The notes under the pieces are model-generated. The model saw only the letters and a program-made list of their open reading frames with translations, did not search any database and was not told the origin of the DNA. From a virus (taxonomy: Duplodnaviria; Heunggongvirae; Uroviricota; Caudoviricetes), in IMG/VR virus record IMGVR_UViG_3300025072_002801: 64,000 nt of DNA; one strand, written 5' to 3'. Below, piece after piece: positions 45,942 through 55,952 of this stretch. Each line of letters begins with the position of its first letter. The stretch's first letter is position 1. A program made the translations under genes and the position numbers.

Positions 45942-46253
45942 ATGTGGATAGCATCATTATTGCCGATAACTTGGATTGCACTTGGAGGACTTTTCCCGTT
46001 TTTTAGAAAAGGGAGAGGAAAGATGTTGTGGTCGATTGTTCATATCTATATTTGTTTGAATGCATCGTTTTTCGCAGCGATTAGCGCAGTATATTATGAG
46101 CGACCAATATTTTTATTCTCCATGTGGATGTTCCTAGCGGGACTTGAAATGGTTAGTTTCAAATACGATCTTCATAACGAAGGTTGGGAAATGAGAAGGA
46201 GATTGAGAAACATGCAATATCGCATTGGGTGGGAAGAGTGGGAAAATGGTTAA
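45942..46253 (+). CDS. Small membrane protein
   Basis: Three hydrophobic helices. Confidence 0.4.
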   Translation: MWIASLLPITWIALGGLFPFFRKGRGKMLWSIVHIYICLNASFFAAISAVYYERPIFLFSMWMFLAGLEMVSFKYDLHNEGWEMRRRLRNMQYRIGWEEWENG

Positions 46254-46611
46254 CATTTTAGAATATCATAATTGCATTTTCGCAACTGCGTTAATTCTTT
46301 TGTTCGTTGGCTTTTTTTTGAAATTCGCATACAATGATGTGATTGCTTTTCAGGTTTTTCATGTCTATGTCTGCATTTTTATGGCGTTTTCAATTACTCT
46401 CAATGAGGTTGTCCAAGATCATACATCATGTCTTGTTGTCGTGTGGTTTTTTTTGTTGTATACAGAGCTTAAACAGTTCAAGGCTTTACTTGACTTAAAA
46501 CAATTATTTTTGGAATTAGAACTTCGTGGATTGAGAGTTCCAGAGCCTATAAGACCAGGAGAAGCTGTTATTAGGATGTTTCAAATAGATGGACCACCAC
46601 GTCCAGTTTAG
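46246..46611 (+). CDS. Small membrane protein
   Basis: Hydrophobic helices; start set at the internal MVNILEY. Confidence 0.4.
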   Translation: MVNILEYHNCIFATALILLFVGFFLKFAYNDVIAFQVFHVYVCIFMAFSITLNEVVQDHTSCLVVVWFFLLYTELKQFKALLDLKQLFLELELRGLRVPEPIRPGEAVIRMFQIDGPPRPV

Positions 46612-46623
46612 AAAGGTTATAAG

Positions 46624-47340
46624 ATGATGAGGAAGATGTTTGCTTGCGCTGATTGGCATTGGGATCATGCCAATATTTTGTTTTACACCAAAAGATTTGC
46701 GTTTATGTCGCAAAGAGAGATAAAAGAAACAAAAGAGGCGGCAGGTAGTGGCAGAAAAAGAGTGAAATACAGTAGGGATACTGTTGAACGAATGAACACA
46801 GCCATTATTGATGATTGCAACTCTAAGGCAGGACCAGAAGACGTTATTTGGAATTTAGGAGATGTTCTTTTTGGTCCAAATGATCCAGATGCGTTTTATG
46901 GCAGGTTGATGGAATTGCGTTCGAGAATAAATTGTAAAAATTTGAACTTGGTTCTAGGAAATCATGACAAAAAATTAGATGTAAGATCCCCACGAAAATA
47001 TCGTTCATTGTCAGAAGATCAGATACATAACGTTTTCAATGAAGTGCATTCCAAGGTGATGATACAGACCTTTCAAGGACAGTATATTTTATGCGACCAC
47101 ACAATGCATTGCATTTGGGAAGGGAACCATAAAGGAATATGGCACTTATATGGTCACAGTCATACAAATGCTGAAGGCATTCGAGAAGAGTGGCTTCCAA
47201 ATGCGAAAATGCTTGATGTCGGTATCGACAATGCGGCACGACTTGGATTAGGATATACAATGTTCGATGTGTCAAATGGGTCATGGCTAAAAGGTTTTAT
47301 GGACAACAAAAAAGGACAAGCAATAGATTGCGTTAGGTAA
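46624..47340 (+). CDS. Calcineurin-like metallophosphoesterase
   Basis: ACADWHWD (DxH), NLGDVLFG (GDxxD), LVLGNHD (GNHD/E), YGHSHTN (GHxH). Confidence 0.7.
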   Translation: MMRKMFACADWHWDHANILFYTKRFAFMSQREIKETKEAAGSGRKRVKYSRDTVERMNTAIIDDCNSKAGPEDVIWNLGDVLFGPNDPDAFYGRLMELRSRINCKNLNLVLGNHDKKLDVRSPRKYRSLSEDQIHNVFNEVHSKVMIQTFQGQYILCDHTMHCIWEGNHKGIWHLYGHSHTNAEGIREEWLPNAKMLDVGIDNAARLGLGYTMFDVSNGSWLKGFMDNKKGQAIDCVR

Positions 47341-47344
47341 AATT

Positions 47345-47590
47345 ATGAATAAGAAAAAAGAAGAAGGAATCGAAATTTCTGGCGTTGTTACAGCAGCAAT
47401 GGGTGGAGATAAATTTAAGGTTGCCGTTAAAGATGAAGAAGGAAACCTAGTTGAAGGACATGAAGTAGTTGCTCATCTCGCAGGAAAAATGCGCAGATTT
47501 TACATCCGAATAGTACCAGGAGATGATGTCAAGGTGGAACTTTCGCCATACGATCTCACTAAAGGAAGAATCACTTACAGGAATAAGTAA
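47345..47590 (+). CDS. infA: Translation initiation factor IF-1
   Basis: [67 protein letters not shown] aligns almost position-for-position with E. coli IF1. Confidence 0.9.
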   Translation: MNKKKEEGIEISGVVTAAMGGDKFKVAVKDEEGNLVEGHEVVAHLAGKMRRFYIRIVPGDDVKVELSPYDLTKGRITYRNK

Positions 47591-47591
47591 A

Positions 47592-48014
47592 ATGACAAAA
47601 AATCTTACAGTTGTGCCAAAAGAAAATTTGCTACTTGCAACATTTCCAGCAAAAGGATGCGATGCTGGTATCGGAGTTGCAATGCACAAAGATGAAGGGT
47701 ATGGATATTTTGTAGATGTTGGAATTGCTGGAATCCAAAAACATGCCAGTGATGTCATTAAGTGGTTGGCTAAAGCGAAAATGGTAGACCATAAGCCGAC
47801 AGTTGTTGACCTGGAAATGAAGCCAAAATTTGTGAAACAAATTTTAACGCCCAATCAATTGAAGATATGTTCTAAGGGAATAATGGTAAAAATTCCAAAT
47901 TCGGATGATTTCATCTTGGTGTCTATGACTAAAGAGGAAATGTCAGATCATGCTCAAAGGGCCCTGAGGTTTTACACAAAACTTCAAGCAGACAAGACCA
48001 CAAGGAATCTCTAA
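47592..48014 (+). CDS. Hypothetical protein
   Basis: Start set at MTKNLTVVPKE just after the infA stop. Confidence 0.45.
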   Translation: MTKNLTVVPKENLLLATFPAKGCDAGIGVAMHKDEGYGYFVDVGIAGIQKHASDVIKWLAKAKMVDHKPTVVDLEMKPKFVKQILTPNQLKICSKGIMVKIPNSDDFILVSMTKEEMSDHAQRALRFYTKLQADKTTRNL

Positions 48015-48045
48015 GCCCCCCTCTAGGCTGGTTTCTGTCTTTTTT

Positions 48046-48074
48046 AAGAATCTTCTTACCAAATGCTCCTAATT
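48046..48074 (+). promoter_or_regulatory. Sigma-70-like promoter TTACCA-17-TACAAT
   Basis: Same -35 hexamer as the 53928 copy; GAAGTACAATGG matches the 4905 copy. Confidence 0.5.
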
Positions 48075-48169
48075 GAAGTACAATGGTACAGCTACGCAAT
48101 TATGCGAGAACAAAATAGTTGGCAAAATTGATTGCCAAAAAGCAGTTAACATTTTTTTGGAGAAGTTTA

Positions 48170-49681
48170 ATGGGAAATCGTTTAGGACTTATGCTTGGAC
48201 TCACCGCTTGTGGTGTGGTTATGGCATTGGCGGGATTTTGGATTGTATGGACAAGTTTTAGGATTGATGTCCCAGAAAAGCATTGTGCTGTTTTGACTCG
48301 ACGAACTGGAATGGACATTCCTAACGATGCTGAAATTTCTCCACTTCCTAAGGATGGATGGCATTACAAGGGCGTTCAACAAGAGGTTCTGTTGGAGGGT
48401 CGTTATTTTTACAATTGTTACAACTACGGTTGGAATGTAATTCCAATGTTTGAGGTTCCTACTGGCAAGTTGGCGGTCAAGGTTCGACGCATTGGAGCCG
48501 ATCTTCCTGTCGGACAGTTGGTGGCTAGAAGTGAGGATCAAAAAGGAATTGTTTCTGAGGTTTTACGACCTGGACGTTACGCGATTAATCCACACATCTA
48601 TGATGTAAAGCTATTCGATCCTGTCACTGTTCCTGCTGGATTCCGTGGAGTGAGAACGAATTTGAGCGGACCAATGCCAGAAGATCCAAATGTATTGTTG
48701 GTCACTGAAGGTTTTCGTGGAGTTCAGGAAAAGACATACGAAGAAGGAACTTATTACGTCAACCCTTATGTCGAACGAATTAATTTGGTTGATTGTCGAA
48801 GCAAGCGATTTAATTTGAATGAATCTGGCGAGATGGGATTCCCATCTAAGGATGGATTTTGGGTAAGTCTTGATGGTCGTCTTGAATTTAGAATTCAACC
48901 TGACAAAGCTGCAATTGTATTTGTTACCTATAATGATGTGACAAATAAGGTGGGCATGACAGACCCGTTGGATCAAGAGATTATCAATAAAGTTATTATG
49001 CCAAATGCCAGATCATATTGTCGCTTGCGTGGTTCTGACAACAGTGGTCGTGATTTTATTGGAGGTTCCACTCGTGAAGCTTTCCAAACCGATTTCTCTG
49101 ATAAGATGGTTGCCGCATGTTCTCCACAAGGCGTAGAGATCGTTCAAGCTCTTATTACAAGAGTGGTTCCACCAAAGAGAATTGCCGATCCTGTTAGAGA
49201 GCGTGAGGTTTCTCTTCAGACTCTCGACCATTATACGCAAGAGATTAAGCTTCAAGAGGCTGAGAAGTCGTTGGCAATCTCTTCTGAGATGGTAAAGCGT
49301 GGACCCGCTATTAGAGCGGCTGAACAAAGTGTAACTAAAATTGTTGAGGCTGCTAACAAAGAGCAGAAAATTGCATTGCAAGAGGCAAATAAGAATTTTG
49401 GAGTTGCTGAGCGTGATTTAGAAGCTGCTAAGGATAAAGCTGAAGCAATTTTGGCGAGAGGCAAAGCAACAGCAGCAGTTATCATATTCAACAATGAGGC
49501 ACTTGCCGCTGGATGGAAAGAAGGAGTGACAGCTTTTAATGGAGACGGGGATGCATATTCTCGAATGTTCCTATTGCAAAAGGTTGCCCCAGGCTTTACG
49601 GGCATCATGGTTAATACGGCTGAAGATTCTAGTCCCTTGATGGACATTTTCAAAGAATTTAACGAACAGCCACAAAAGTAA
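48170..49681 (+). CDS. SPFH/Band-7 (flotillin/HflK-C-like) membrane protein, paralog 1
   Basis: N-terminal TM GLMLGLTACGVVMALAGFWIVW; SPFH core; C-terminal Ala/Glu/Lys coiled-coil (QEAEKSLAISSEMVKRGPAIRAAEQ...). Confidence 0.7.
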   Translation: MGNRLGLMLGLTACGVVMALAGFWIVWTSFRIDVPEKHCAVLTRRTGMDIPNDAEISPLPKDGWHYKGVQQEVLLEGRYFYNCYNYGWNVIPMFEVPTGKLAVKVRRIGADLPVGQLVARSEDQKGIVSEVLRPGRYAINPHIYDVKLFDPVTVPAGFRGVRTNLSGPMPEDPNVLLVTEGFRGVQEKTYEEGTYYVNPYVERINLVDCRSKRFNLNESGEMGFPSKDGFWVSLDGRLEFRIQPDKAAIVFVTYNDVTNKVGMTDPLDQEIINKVIMPNARSYCRLRGSDNSGRDFIGGSTREAFQTDFSDKMVAACSPQGVEIVQALITRVVPPKRIADPVREREVSLQTLDHYTQEIKLQEAEKSLAISSEMVKRGPAIRAAEQSVTKIVEAANKEQKIALQEANKNFGVAERDLEAAKDKAEAILARGKATAAVIIFNNEALAAGWKEGVTAFNGDGDAYSRMFLLQKVAPGFTGIMVNTAEDSSPLMDIFKEFNEQPQK

Positions 49682-49711
49682 TTTATTTCAAACAAAAAGA
49701 AAGACAGATAA

Positions 49712-51379
49712 ATGTTGAATAACTTAAAGAAGTATGGACTCCCGGTTTTGTTGCTTGCAGTAGTGGTTGGGGTTAGCGTGTTGTTCGTCCAGTGGACAAT
49801 CAACAGAGTTTATGTTCCAGAGGGATGTAGCATGGTATTGCGGTACAAAGGTCCGTTGCCATTCGTCCCAGGAAAAAGAAGGTATGCCAAAGAAGGTCAC
49901 TTCGCAGTAGTTGACAAAGATGGACATCAAGAGATTGGAATCCTTGCAGACCTAAAAGGACCAGGGCGACATTTTTATTGTCCAATCTGGTGGGAAAGAA
50001 CAATTTTTGATCATGAAGGATTGGGAAGAGGCGATAACCCAAGTGATACGAATGTAATGCTTGTTCGACCAGGACAGGTTGCAGTTGTTCGATCTGCTGT
50101 AGGAGATGACCTTCCAGAAGGAGAGTATCTTGTTGATGGCGAATTGGGAGAAACTAACAATAAAGGAATCCTGCGAAAAGTTTACGGACCAGGAATCTAT
50201 CGAGCGCATCCTTACGCTTATCAGTTCACAATTGTTGGAGAAGAGGTAGAAGATAAGGGCGGACAAGTTAAGCATTCTGGTTGGGTCGAAATTCCAACTG
50301 GATATGTTGGAGTTGTTACAAATAAAGCGAATATTCCAGCAAAGAAGCTCACAAAGGGAATTCAAAAAAATGTCCTCCCACCAGGATTGTATCCAATCAA
50401 TGGAAAAGAACAGGAAATTGATATTGTCGAAATTGGCTATCGAGAAACGACCGTTCGGGTAGTCAACAAAACAGATAAAGCTGGAAAAGTTTTGAAGTCG
50501 GATTCAGGAGAACCATTGATTGCTGATGGATCATCTGGAATTGACTTTCCAAGTAGCGATGGATTTGAAATCTACATGGACTTCACTGCAATTTGGGGAG
50601 TTATGCCAGACCAAGCAGCGTCTATTATTAGCCGATTTGGAAATGTCGATGCAATTGAAAATAGAGTGATACTTCCTCAAATCGAGAGTATCGGAAGAAA
50701 TAAAGGATCTTCATATTCGGCAAAGCAATTGTTGGTAGGAACGGATCGAGCGGTTTTCCAAAAAAGTATTTCCGATAAATTTAGGACAGTTTTGGAAGGG
50801 AAAAGCTTGACGTTAAGCGAAGGGTTGGTAAGGGCTGTTTATATCCCACAAGAGGTGCTGAAGCCAATCCAAGATAAGTATGTCGCTGACGAAAATAAAA
50901 TTACTCGCGAACAGCAGCAAGAAACTGCGTTAGAAGAAGCGAAACTACGCGATGCAGAGCAAGAGGTTGCTTTAGAACGTCAAGTTGTTGAGTCTCAAAC
51001 TGATGTGTTGGTTGGAGATGAGTTAGCTGCTGGCGATAAGGAAGTGGGAGAAATTCAAGCCGACACCAGAAAGCTGGTTGCCGAAATTGATAAGAAAACA
51101 GCGATGCTTGAGGCTCAAGCTGAAATTTTACTTGGACAAGCATCGGCAGACGCTAAAAAAATGAAAGCTGAAGCTGAGGCTGGGAAGTTCAAACTAGCTG
51201 TCGCGGCGTTTGGATCACCACTAGCTTACAATAAGTACATCTTTGCCTCGCAACTGCCAGAGAGTGTAAAGTTGAACTTCATGTATGCTGGAGAAGGAAC
51301 TTTGTGGACGGATTTGAATAAGGCTGGAAAAGGAATTCAACCTACAATTCCTTTGCGACAAGCGCCTGAAAACAAATAG
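49712..51379 (+). CDS. SPFH/Band-7 membrane protein, paralog 2
   Basis: N-terminal TM LPVLLLAVVVGVSVLFVQW; SPFH core; long coiled-coil (ETALEEAKLRDAEQEVALERQV...). Confidence 0.7.
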   Translation: MLNNLKKYGLPVLLLAVVVGVSVLFVQWTINRVYVPEGCSMVLRYKGPLPFVPGKRRYAKEGHFAVVDKDGHQEIGILADLKGPGRHFYCPIWWERTIFDHEGLGRGDNPSDTNVMLVRPGQVAVVRSAVGDDLPEGEYLVDGELGETNNKGILRKVYGPGIYRAHPYAYQFTIVGEEVEDKGGQVKHSGWVEIPTGYVGVVTNKANIPAKKLTKGIQKNVLPPGLYPINGKEQEIDIVEIGYRETTVRVVNKTDKAGKVLKSDSGEPLIADGSSGIDFPSSDGFEIYMDFTAIWGVMPDQAASIISRFGNVDAIENRVILPQIESIGRNKGSSYSAKQLLVGTDRAVFQKSISDKFRTVLEGKSLTLSEGLVRAVYIPQEVLKPIQDKYVADENKITREQQQETALEEAKLRDAEQEVALERQVVESQTDVLVGDELAAGDKEVGEIQADTRKLVAEIDKKTAMLEAQAEILLGQASADAKKMKAEAEAGKFKLAVAAFGSPLAYNKYIFASQLPESVKLNFMYAGEGTLWTDLNKAGKGIQPTIPLRQAPENK

Positions 51380-51390
51380 TTCCTAGTGGC

Positions 51391-51424
51391 AAAATTAACG
51401 CCCTTCGGGGCGTTAATTTTTACG
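51391..51424 (+). terminator. Rho-independent terminator
   Basis: AAATTAACGCCCC-TTCG-GGGCGTTAATTTTT perfect hairpin with a TTCG tetraloop. Confidence 0.8.
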
Positions 51425-51447
51425 CCCCGATACAATGCAAGTGTGTT

Positions 51448-52071
51448 ATGAGACTTATTTATTCGAATAAATTCAAAGTTGTTGTAGAGCAGCCTCCGTC
51501 TTGTAGGTCTGTTAAAATAGTTTCAAATAGGTTTAATTTGAATCGTAATTTTTTTCTTTCTTTTCCATATGTGGTATATGCGTTAGACAAAAAAGACTTT
51601 ATACTTCAGGTTGGATTTCGAAATAAGCCAACAAATAAAAAGGATTTTGAAGATGGAGGAATTTATCTTCCTCCCCTTCCAAATGTTTACTCTGATGATT
51701 TAGAGACTTGTTTGGGAGACAATGTTCCAGAGAGTGCAAAAGAAGAAAAGTGGGACATTAGAAAAATGATAAGTGTGTTTTGGCAATCTACGTTTATTGA
51801 AGATGAGGAGTCGTGGGTTTCAGTCGATTCATGTTACTCTTCTTTTTCTAAGGTTGCAAGAAAGCAAGCTATACATCCACGGTTTAAGGATACGCCATCT
51901 GAGGGCGGATATTACATCTGGGAAGCCTTGTCTAAGAAAGATCCTAACTTTGTGCTAAAGATGGATTGGCCAAAGCCTCGTGCTTATAGCAGGGATTCCG
52001 CAAAAGTTGAGTCTGTGATTGATTTTACATTTGTGGATTTGAATGGAAATCAAAATGAATGGGTTAATTAA
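51448..52071 (+). CDS. Hypothetical protein
   Basis: 207-aa ORF. Confidence 0.45.
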   Translation: MRLIYSNKFKVVVEQPPSCRSVKIVSNRFNLNRNFFLSFPYVVYALDKKDFILQVGFRNKPTNKKDFEDGGIYLPPLPNVYSDDLETCLGDNVPESAKEEKWDIRKMISVFWQSTFIEDEESWVSVDSCYSSFSKVARKQAIHPRFKDTPSEGGYYIWEALSKKDPNFVLKMDWPKPRAYSRDSAKVESVIDFTFVDLNGNQNEWVN

Positions 52072-52584
52072 ATGTCAAGAGTAAAAGACTTTTTGTTTGG
52101 GACGCCAGTGAACGTAATAGAGGTAAAGTCGCCAGATTCACTGATGGGACGCAGTGACAAGTGTAATATTTTCCCTATTGTCTTTTTGGGTGGGGGAATT
52201 TCTGGAACGGAAGATTGGCAAGCGGGATTTTCGGAAAGAATTTCTGATGTTGATATTACAGTGATAAACCCAAGACAGGAAGTGTATGTGGAGGGAGAAC
52301 AGAGCGCAATGGACCAAGTTAGATGGGAATACAACCATTTTAAGGTTGTCGAGCGTGCTGAAGGCTTGTTCTTTTTTTGGTTCCCTCCAGAAACATTGTG
52401 TCCTATAACTTTGTTTGAACTTGGAAAATTTATTCGACAAGATCATTTGATTGTTGGTTGCGACCCTGGATACAAAAGAAGATTCGATGTAAAAGAACAA
52501 TTGAAATTAGAGCGACCAGACGTTACCGTTTTTGATTCATTGGATGCAATGGAAGACGGAGTAAGAAGATGGGCGTTAAAGTGA
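52072..52584 (+). CDS. Nucleoside 2-deoxyribosyltransferase-like protein
   Basis: IVFLGGGISGTEDWQ (compare NDT YFGAGWFTDRQ) and LFFFWFPPETLCPITLFELGKFI (compare DxG..MELGYA catalytic Glu region). Confidence 0.5.
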   Translation: MSRVKDFLFGTPVNVIEVKSPDSLMGRSDKCNIFPIVFLGGGISGTEDWQAGFSERISDVDITVINPRQEVYVEGEQSAMDQVRWEYNHFKVVERAEGLFFFWFPPETLCPITLFELGKFIRQDHLIVGCDPGYKRRFDVKEQLKLERPDVTVFDSLDAMEDGVRRWALK

Positions 52585-52593
52585 TTTTTTTTG

Positions 52594-52622
52594 TTTACAA
52601 ACATTGAAATGTGAAGTATAAT
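52594..52622 (+). promoter_or_regulatory. Sigma-70-like promoter TTTACA-17-TATAAT
   Basis: Exact consensus spacing; GAAGTATAAT extended -10-like context. Confidence 0.55.
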
Positions 52623-52659
52623 CAATTACAAGACTTAAAGACCTAGTTTAGGATGAAAA

Positions 52660-53832
52660 ATGTCAACTGCAAAAAATAGAAGAAAAGTGGCGCATAAAAT
52701 TTCTAGGGGAGTTGAGAAATTCCTTGAGGAAAACAAGGATTCGACAGAGCCAGCCAAGGTAGCTGTCCACACTGCTGTGGAAGGAACTTTGAAAAGCTTG
52801 CAGGGCAATATCGGCGCTGATCTTGACGCAGTGGCAAGAGAGCAGAGTATTGCATTGGCGAAAACTTTGCAAAAATCACTTTTTCAATTGGCTAACGACA
52901 CTTGGTTCGACCATGACAAGGGAGATATGATGATAGTGCCAGAAGGCACTAGATTTGTACATCGTCAAGGAACAACTGTTTACATCGCAATTGAAGAAAA
53001 GCCTCAAGTTAGAAGTATTAGATACGAAAAAGGAAATAGAACCTATAATTACAGGGTTGCTTTGCCTTATTGTATCTTTATTTTCCCCGTTGGGACTTTT
53101 GTTGATGATAACGGAAATCCACGTTACAACCTGAATCAAGGAAAGTTGGCATTTTCGAAACAGCCACTTACATCTCTTGATCAGGAGGTGTATTGTCCGT
53201 GCCTTCCTAACATCAATACAGAAGATAGAGAATTGAAGATTTGCATGGGTGGAGCGTTTAACTTCAATGTAAATGAAACTCTGTGCGAACAAATAAGACT
53301 TTACATAACTCACTTCTGGGGCGCTCCATTCGGAACAGATTGGGCACATGAATTTGAAAGAATGGGCGGAAAAGACAGAAGGTTTGCAAATTTCAACAGA
53401 TGGCAAACTGCATCGGAAGAAAATCCGTTGTTTGTTTTGGAAGATGAAATCGAATATAGATCTGCCGGAACATTTGGAAAGTTGGTGCTGGAGAACATTA
53501 CTGACAGCAGCGATATTAACGTTCCGTTGCGTAAGATTGTAAAAACTGCTGTTGACAGTCTTGGTCAAGATGTGATCAGAACATTGAGACAGGCTGACTT
53601 GCTGAAAAACTTTGACGCCAAGACGGTTGACAAGTGTGTGTATGAGTTGATGTGTAAGTGTGTTCGTGATTGCGTTGATTCTGTTACAGATGATTTGGTT
53701 GTTGAAGACAGAGAAGAATTCAACAGTTCCAGAGATAGCCTTGAGGACGACTTGACCGACCTTCTTGTCACTCTTGAGAAAAGAGTAACCAAAGAAAAAG
53801 GTGAATCGTCTGGTTATTGGGGAAAAATTTAA
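52660..53832 (+). CDS. Hypothetical protein, paralog of 57326-58294, with a possible divergent UBC/E2-like core
   Basis: Shares P.GTRF...VY...E..P.VRSI.Y with the 57326 protein; LPNINTEDRELKICMGG resembles a degenerate E2 HPNI...G.ICL active-site stretch (H replaced by L). Confidence 0.5.
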   Translation: MSTAKNRRKVAHKISRGVEKFLEENKDSTEPAKVAVHTAVEGTLKSLQGNIGADLDAVAREQSIALAKTLQKSLFQLANDTWFDHDKGDMMIVPEGTRFVHRQGTTVYIAIEEKPQVRSIRYEKGNRTYNYRVALPYCIFIFPVGTFVDDNGNPRYNLNQGKLAFSKQPLTSLDQEVYCPCLPNINTEDRELKICMGGAFNFNVNETLCEQIRLYITHFWGAPFGTDWAHEFERMGGKDRRFANFNRWQTASEENPLFVLEDEIEYRSAGTFGKLVLENITDSSDINVPLRKIVKTAVDSLGQDVIRTLRQADLLKNFDAKTVDKCVYELMCKCVRDCVDSVTDDLVVEDREEFNSSRDSLEDDLTDLLVTLEKRVTKEKGESSGYWGKI

Positions 53833-53841
53833 TCATTTCAT

Positions 53842-53870
53842 TTGTCAATTGTACGATTCTTAAGTATAAT
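53842..53870 (+). promoter_or_regulatory. Sigma-70-like promoter TTGTCA-17-TATAAT
   Basis: Exact 17-nt spacer. Confidence 0.5.
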
Positions 53871-53927
53871 GGTTATAACGACGAACGAAAAGAAAAGTTG
53901 ATGACGGAAAAATTTGGTAATTTTTCA

Positions 53928-53956
53928 CTTACCAAATCAAAGTTTACGAAGTATAA
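53928..53956 (+). promoter_or_regulatory. Sigma-70-like promoter TTACCA-17-TATAAT
   Basis: Exact 17-nt spacer; 45 nt upstream of the JAB gene. Confidence 0.45.
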
Positions 53957-53999
53957 TCTCTAGTAGAAGTTAAAACATTTTCGAGTTTGGGAGAAAAAG

Positions 54000-55163
54000 A
54001 TGAGTTTGACATTTCCTATCTACGTTGCTGAAAAAGGCAAGAAGTTGCCTGCAAAGGGAACGTATTATGTTGTGGGTCGCACAAGAAATTACTTGCATAA
54101 AGACACTGGACTTGTGCGTGCATTGGTTGAAGTTGATTCTATCGGTGCTTTGCAAGACATTGAGCCATACGTTCAATTGTTGCTTCCAAAGCTTCCGCCA
54201 GACATTTTGTATCGTGCATGGAAGTTTTTCAATGCGGCATACAATAAGTTTAAGTCGGAATCTGCCGTAGTGATTCACTACAACAAAGATGATGGAGAAT
54301 ACTATCTCCATTGCCCAGAGCAAACAGTTAGTCATGGAAGTGTCAACTATGATCTGGATGATCGTTTTGAAAACTATCAATTGGTAGGAACGATCCACAG
54401 TCACGCAGATTTCAATGCGTTCCACAGTGGAACAGACATTGATGATGAAGTCGATCAGGATGGAGTTCACATCACACTCGGTCATGTGGATGGCAAATAT
54501 TTTTCGGCTTCCGCTTGTTTGGTTGTGAATGGGACTCGTTTTGAAACGGCATTGGAGAACACTGGTCTTGGTGTTCGCAGAGTTACGATGAAAGATGGTG
54601 ATCCAAATATTTCGGCTGGACGTGCCGACCGATACATGGTGTCATTGAGCGATGAGGAAAAAGCCGCTGTTGATGCCGCTTATGATCAAGAGATCAAGGA
54701 TTGGGTTAAGGATAAGGTGTCTGGGAGACAAACTGGGTTCAACAGAGGTTCCGTTGTAAGTTACCCAAGCACAACCCCTGCCAGCAATGGCAATAGTAGT
54801 GGTGTTTCTTCGACTTCGACTCGAAATGAGAGCACTTTTGTTCATCGTCTCGATCCAAAGGGGTCTGGTCGCAAGGGTTGGTTCAACCAAAATGGCGATG
54901 AATTGAATCCTTCCGATAATGAAACTTCTGCGGAAAAGCCAGAAAACGAAACTTCTGAGCAACCAGAAAACTGGGACGCTGAGGCGGTTTTGGCAGAGAA
55001 TGATTTGCTTGAAGGTGCCGAACTGCCTAAAGCTGACGACGATGTTGTCGATTTGACTATTGCTGATGATTCTTCGGAAGAATCTTCGGACGATGTTCCT
55101 GCTGGTGTTGCGGATCATCTTGACGAAAAAGAAGAGCCCACGATTGGGCAGAAGGACAGTTAA
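54000..55163 (+). CDS. JAB/MPN+ (JAMM) metallopeptidase with a long acidic C-terminal tail
   Basis: E...HSHADFNAFHSGTD = E-x(n)-HxH-x7-S-x2-D JAMM zinc motif; C-terminal 150 aa Asp/Glu/Ser-rich. Confidence 0.75.
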   Translation: MSLTFPIYVAEKGKKLPAKGTYYVVGRTRNYLHKDTGLVRALVEVDSIGALQDIEPYVQLLLPKLPPDILYRAWKFFNAAYNKFKSESAVVIHYNKDDGEYYLHCPEQTVSHGSVNYDLDDRFENYQLVGTIHSHADFNAFHSGTDIDDEVDQDGVHITLGHVDGKYFSASACLVVNGTRFETALENTGLGVRRVTMKDGDPNISAGRADRYMVSLSDEEKAAVDAAYDQEIKDWVKDKVSGRQTGFNRGSVVSYPSTTPASNGNSSGVSSTSTRNESTFVHRLDPKGSGRKGWFNQNGDELNPSDNETSAEKPENETSEQPENWDAEAVLAENDLLEGAELPKADDDVVDLTIADDSSEESSDDVPAGVADHLDEKEEPTIGQKDS

Positions 55164-55916
55164 GTGATTAATAAATTAGAATGCCCCGAAATTAACAGCA
55201 TCAGAGTTATTGGTGTTGGAGGGATTGGACTTAGCCTCCTACCTTCTCTTTGCCGGTATTTGAACTACCACCCAGAGATTGATGATGTTGACGTGTTTCT
55301 GATTGATGGCGACGAATACGAAGCTCGCAATCAGAGTCGTCAAGCATTTCAAGAGATGGGGAACAAGGCTGAAGTTACAAGAAGACAGTATGAGACGGAG
55401 TTTCAAAATCTTTTTTTCAATGCTGTTCAGGAATATTTGACAGAAGACAATATTGGGTATCACGTTCGTGAAGGAGATATTATCTTTTGTTGTGTTGACA
55501 ATCATTCCACAAGAAAGCTTGTTATTGAAGAGTGTCAAAACTTGGAAAATATGATCTTGATTTCTGGTGGAAACGATTTGTACGACGGAAATGTTTCCAT
55601 CTACATTCGAGTTGATGGCGAAGATGTTACCAAGTCTCCAATCGAAGTATACCCTGAAATTGCGTCACCTCCAGAAGGAGACGAAAATCCAGGTGATGTC
55701 GATGAAGAGAGAGAAGGTGGTTGTGCAAACGAAGTTGAGTCAACACCTCAGATTTTGTTCGCCAACAACATGGCGGCAGCTATGATGGGAAATGCTTTCT
55801 ATCAAGTGGTTGAAGGCAAGCATGGTAATCGCGGAGATTGGTACTTTGACATTAATACCAACGCTACCCGTCAAAACGAAAGAGCTATGCCAAACGAAGC
55901 TCAAAAAATTAATTGA
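55164..55916 (+). CDS. E1-like ThiF/MoeB-family adenylyltransferase
   Basis: IRVIGVGGIGLSLLPSLCRY (GxGxxG) ...LIDGDEYEARNQSRQ; IIFCCVDNHSTRKLV; GGCANE (candidate catalytic Cys) in the same order as MoeB. Confidence 0.8.
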   Translation: MINKLECPEINSIRVIGVGGIGLSLLPSLCRYLNYHPEIDDVDVFLIDGDEYEARNQSRQAFQEMGNKAEVTRRQYETEFQNLFFNAVQEYLTEDNIGYHVREGDIIFCCVDNHSTRKLVIEECQNLENMILISGGNDLYDGNVSIYIRVDGEDVTKSPIEVYPEIASPPEGDENPGDVDEEREGGCANEVESTPQILFANNMAAAMMGNAFYQVVEGKHGNRGDWYFDINTNATRQNERAMPNEAQKIN

Positions 55917-55923
55917 GAATCTA

Positions 55924-55952
55924 TTTAACATTTAGCATTATATGAAGTATAA
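55924..55952 (+). promoter_or_regulatory. Sigma-70-like promoter TTAACA-17-TATAAT
   Basis: Exact spacing; ATGAAGTATAATG. Confidence 0.5.
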
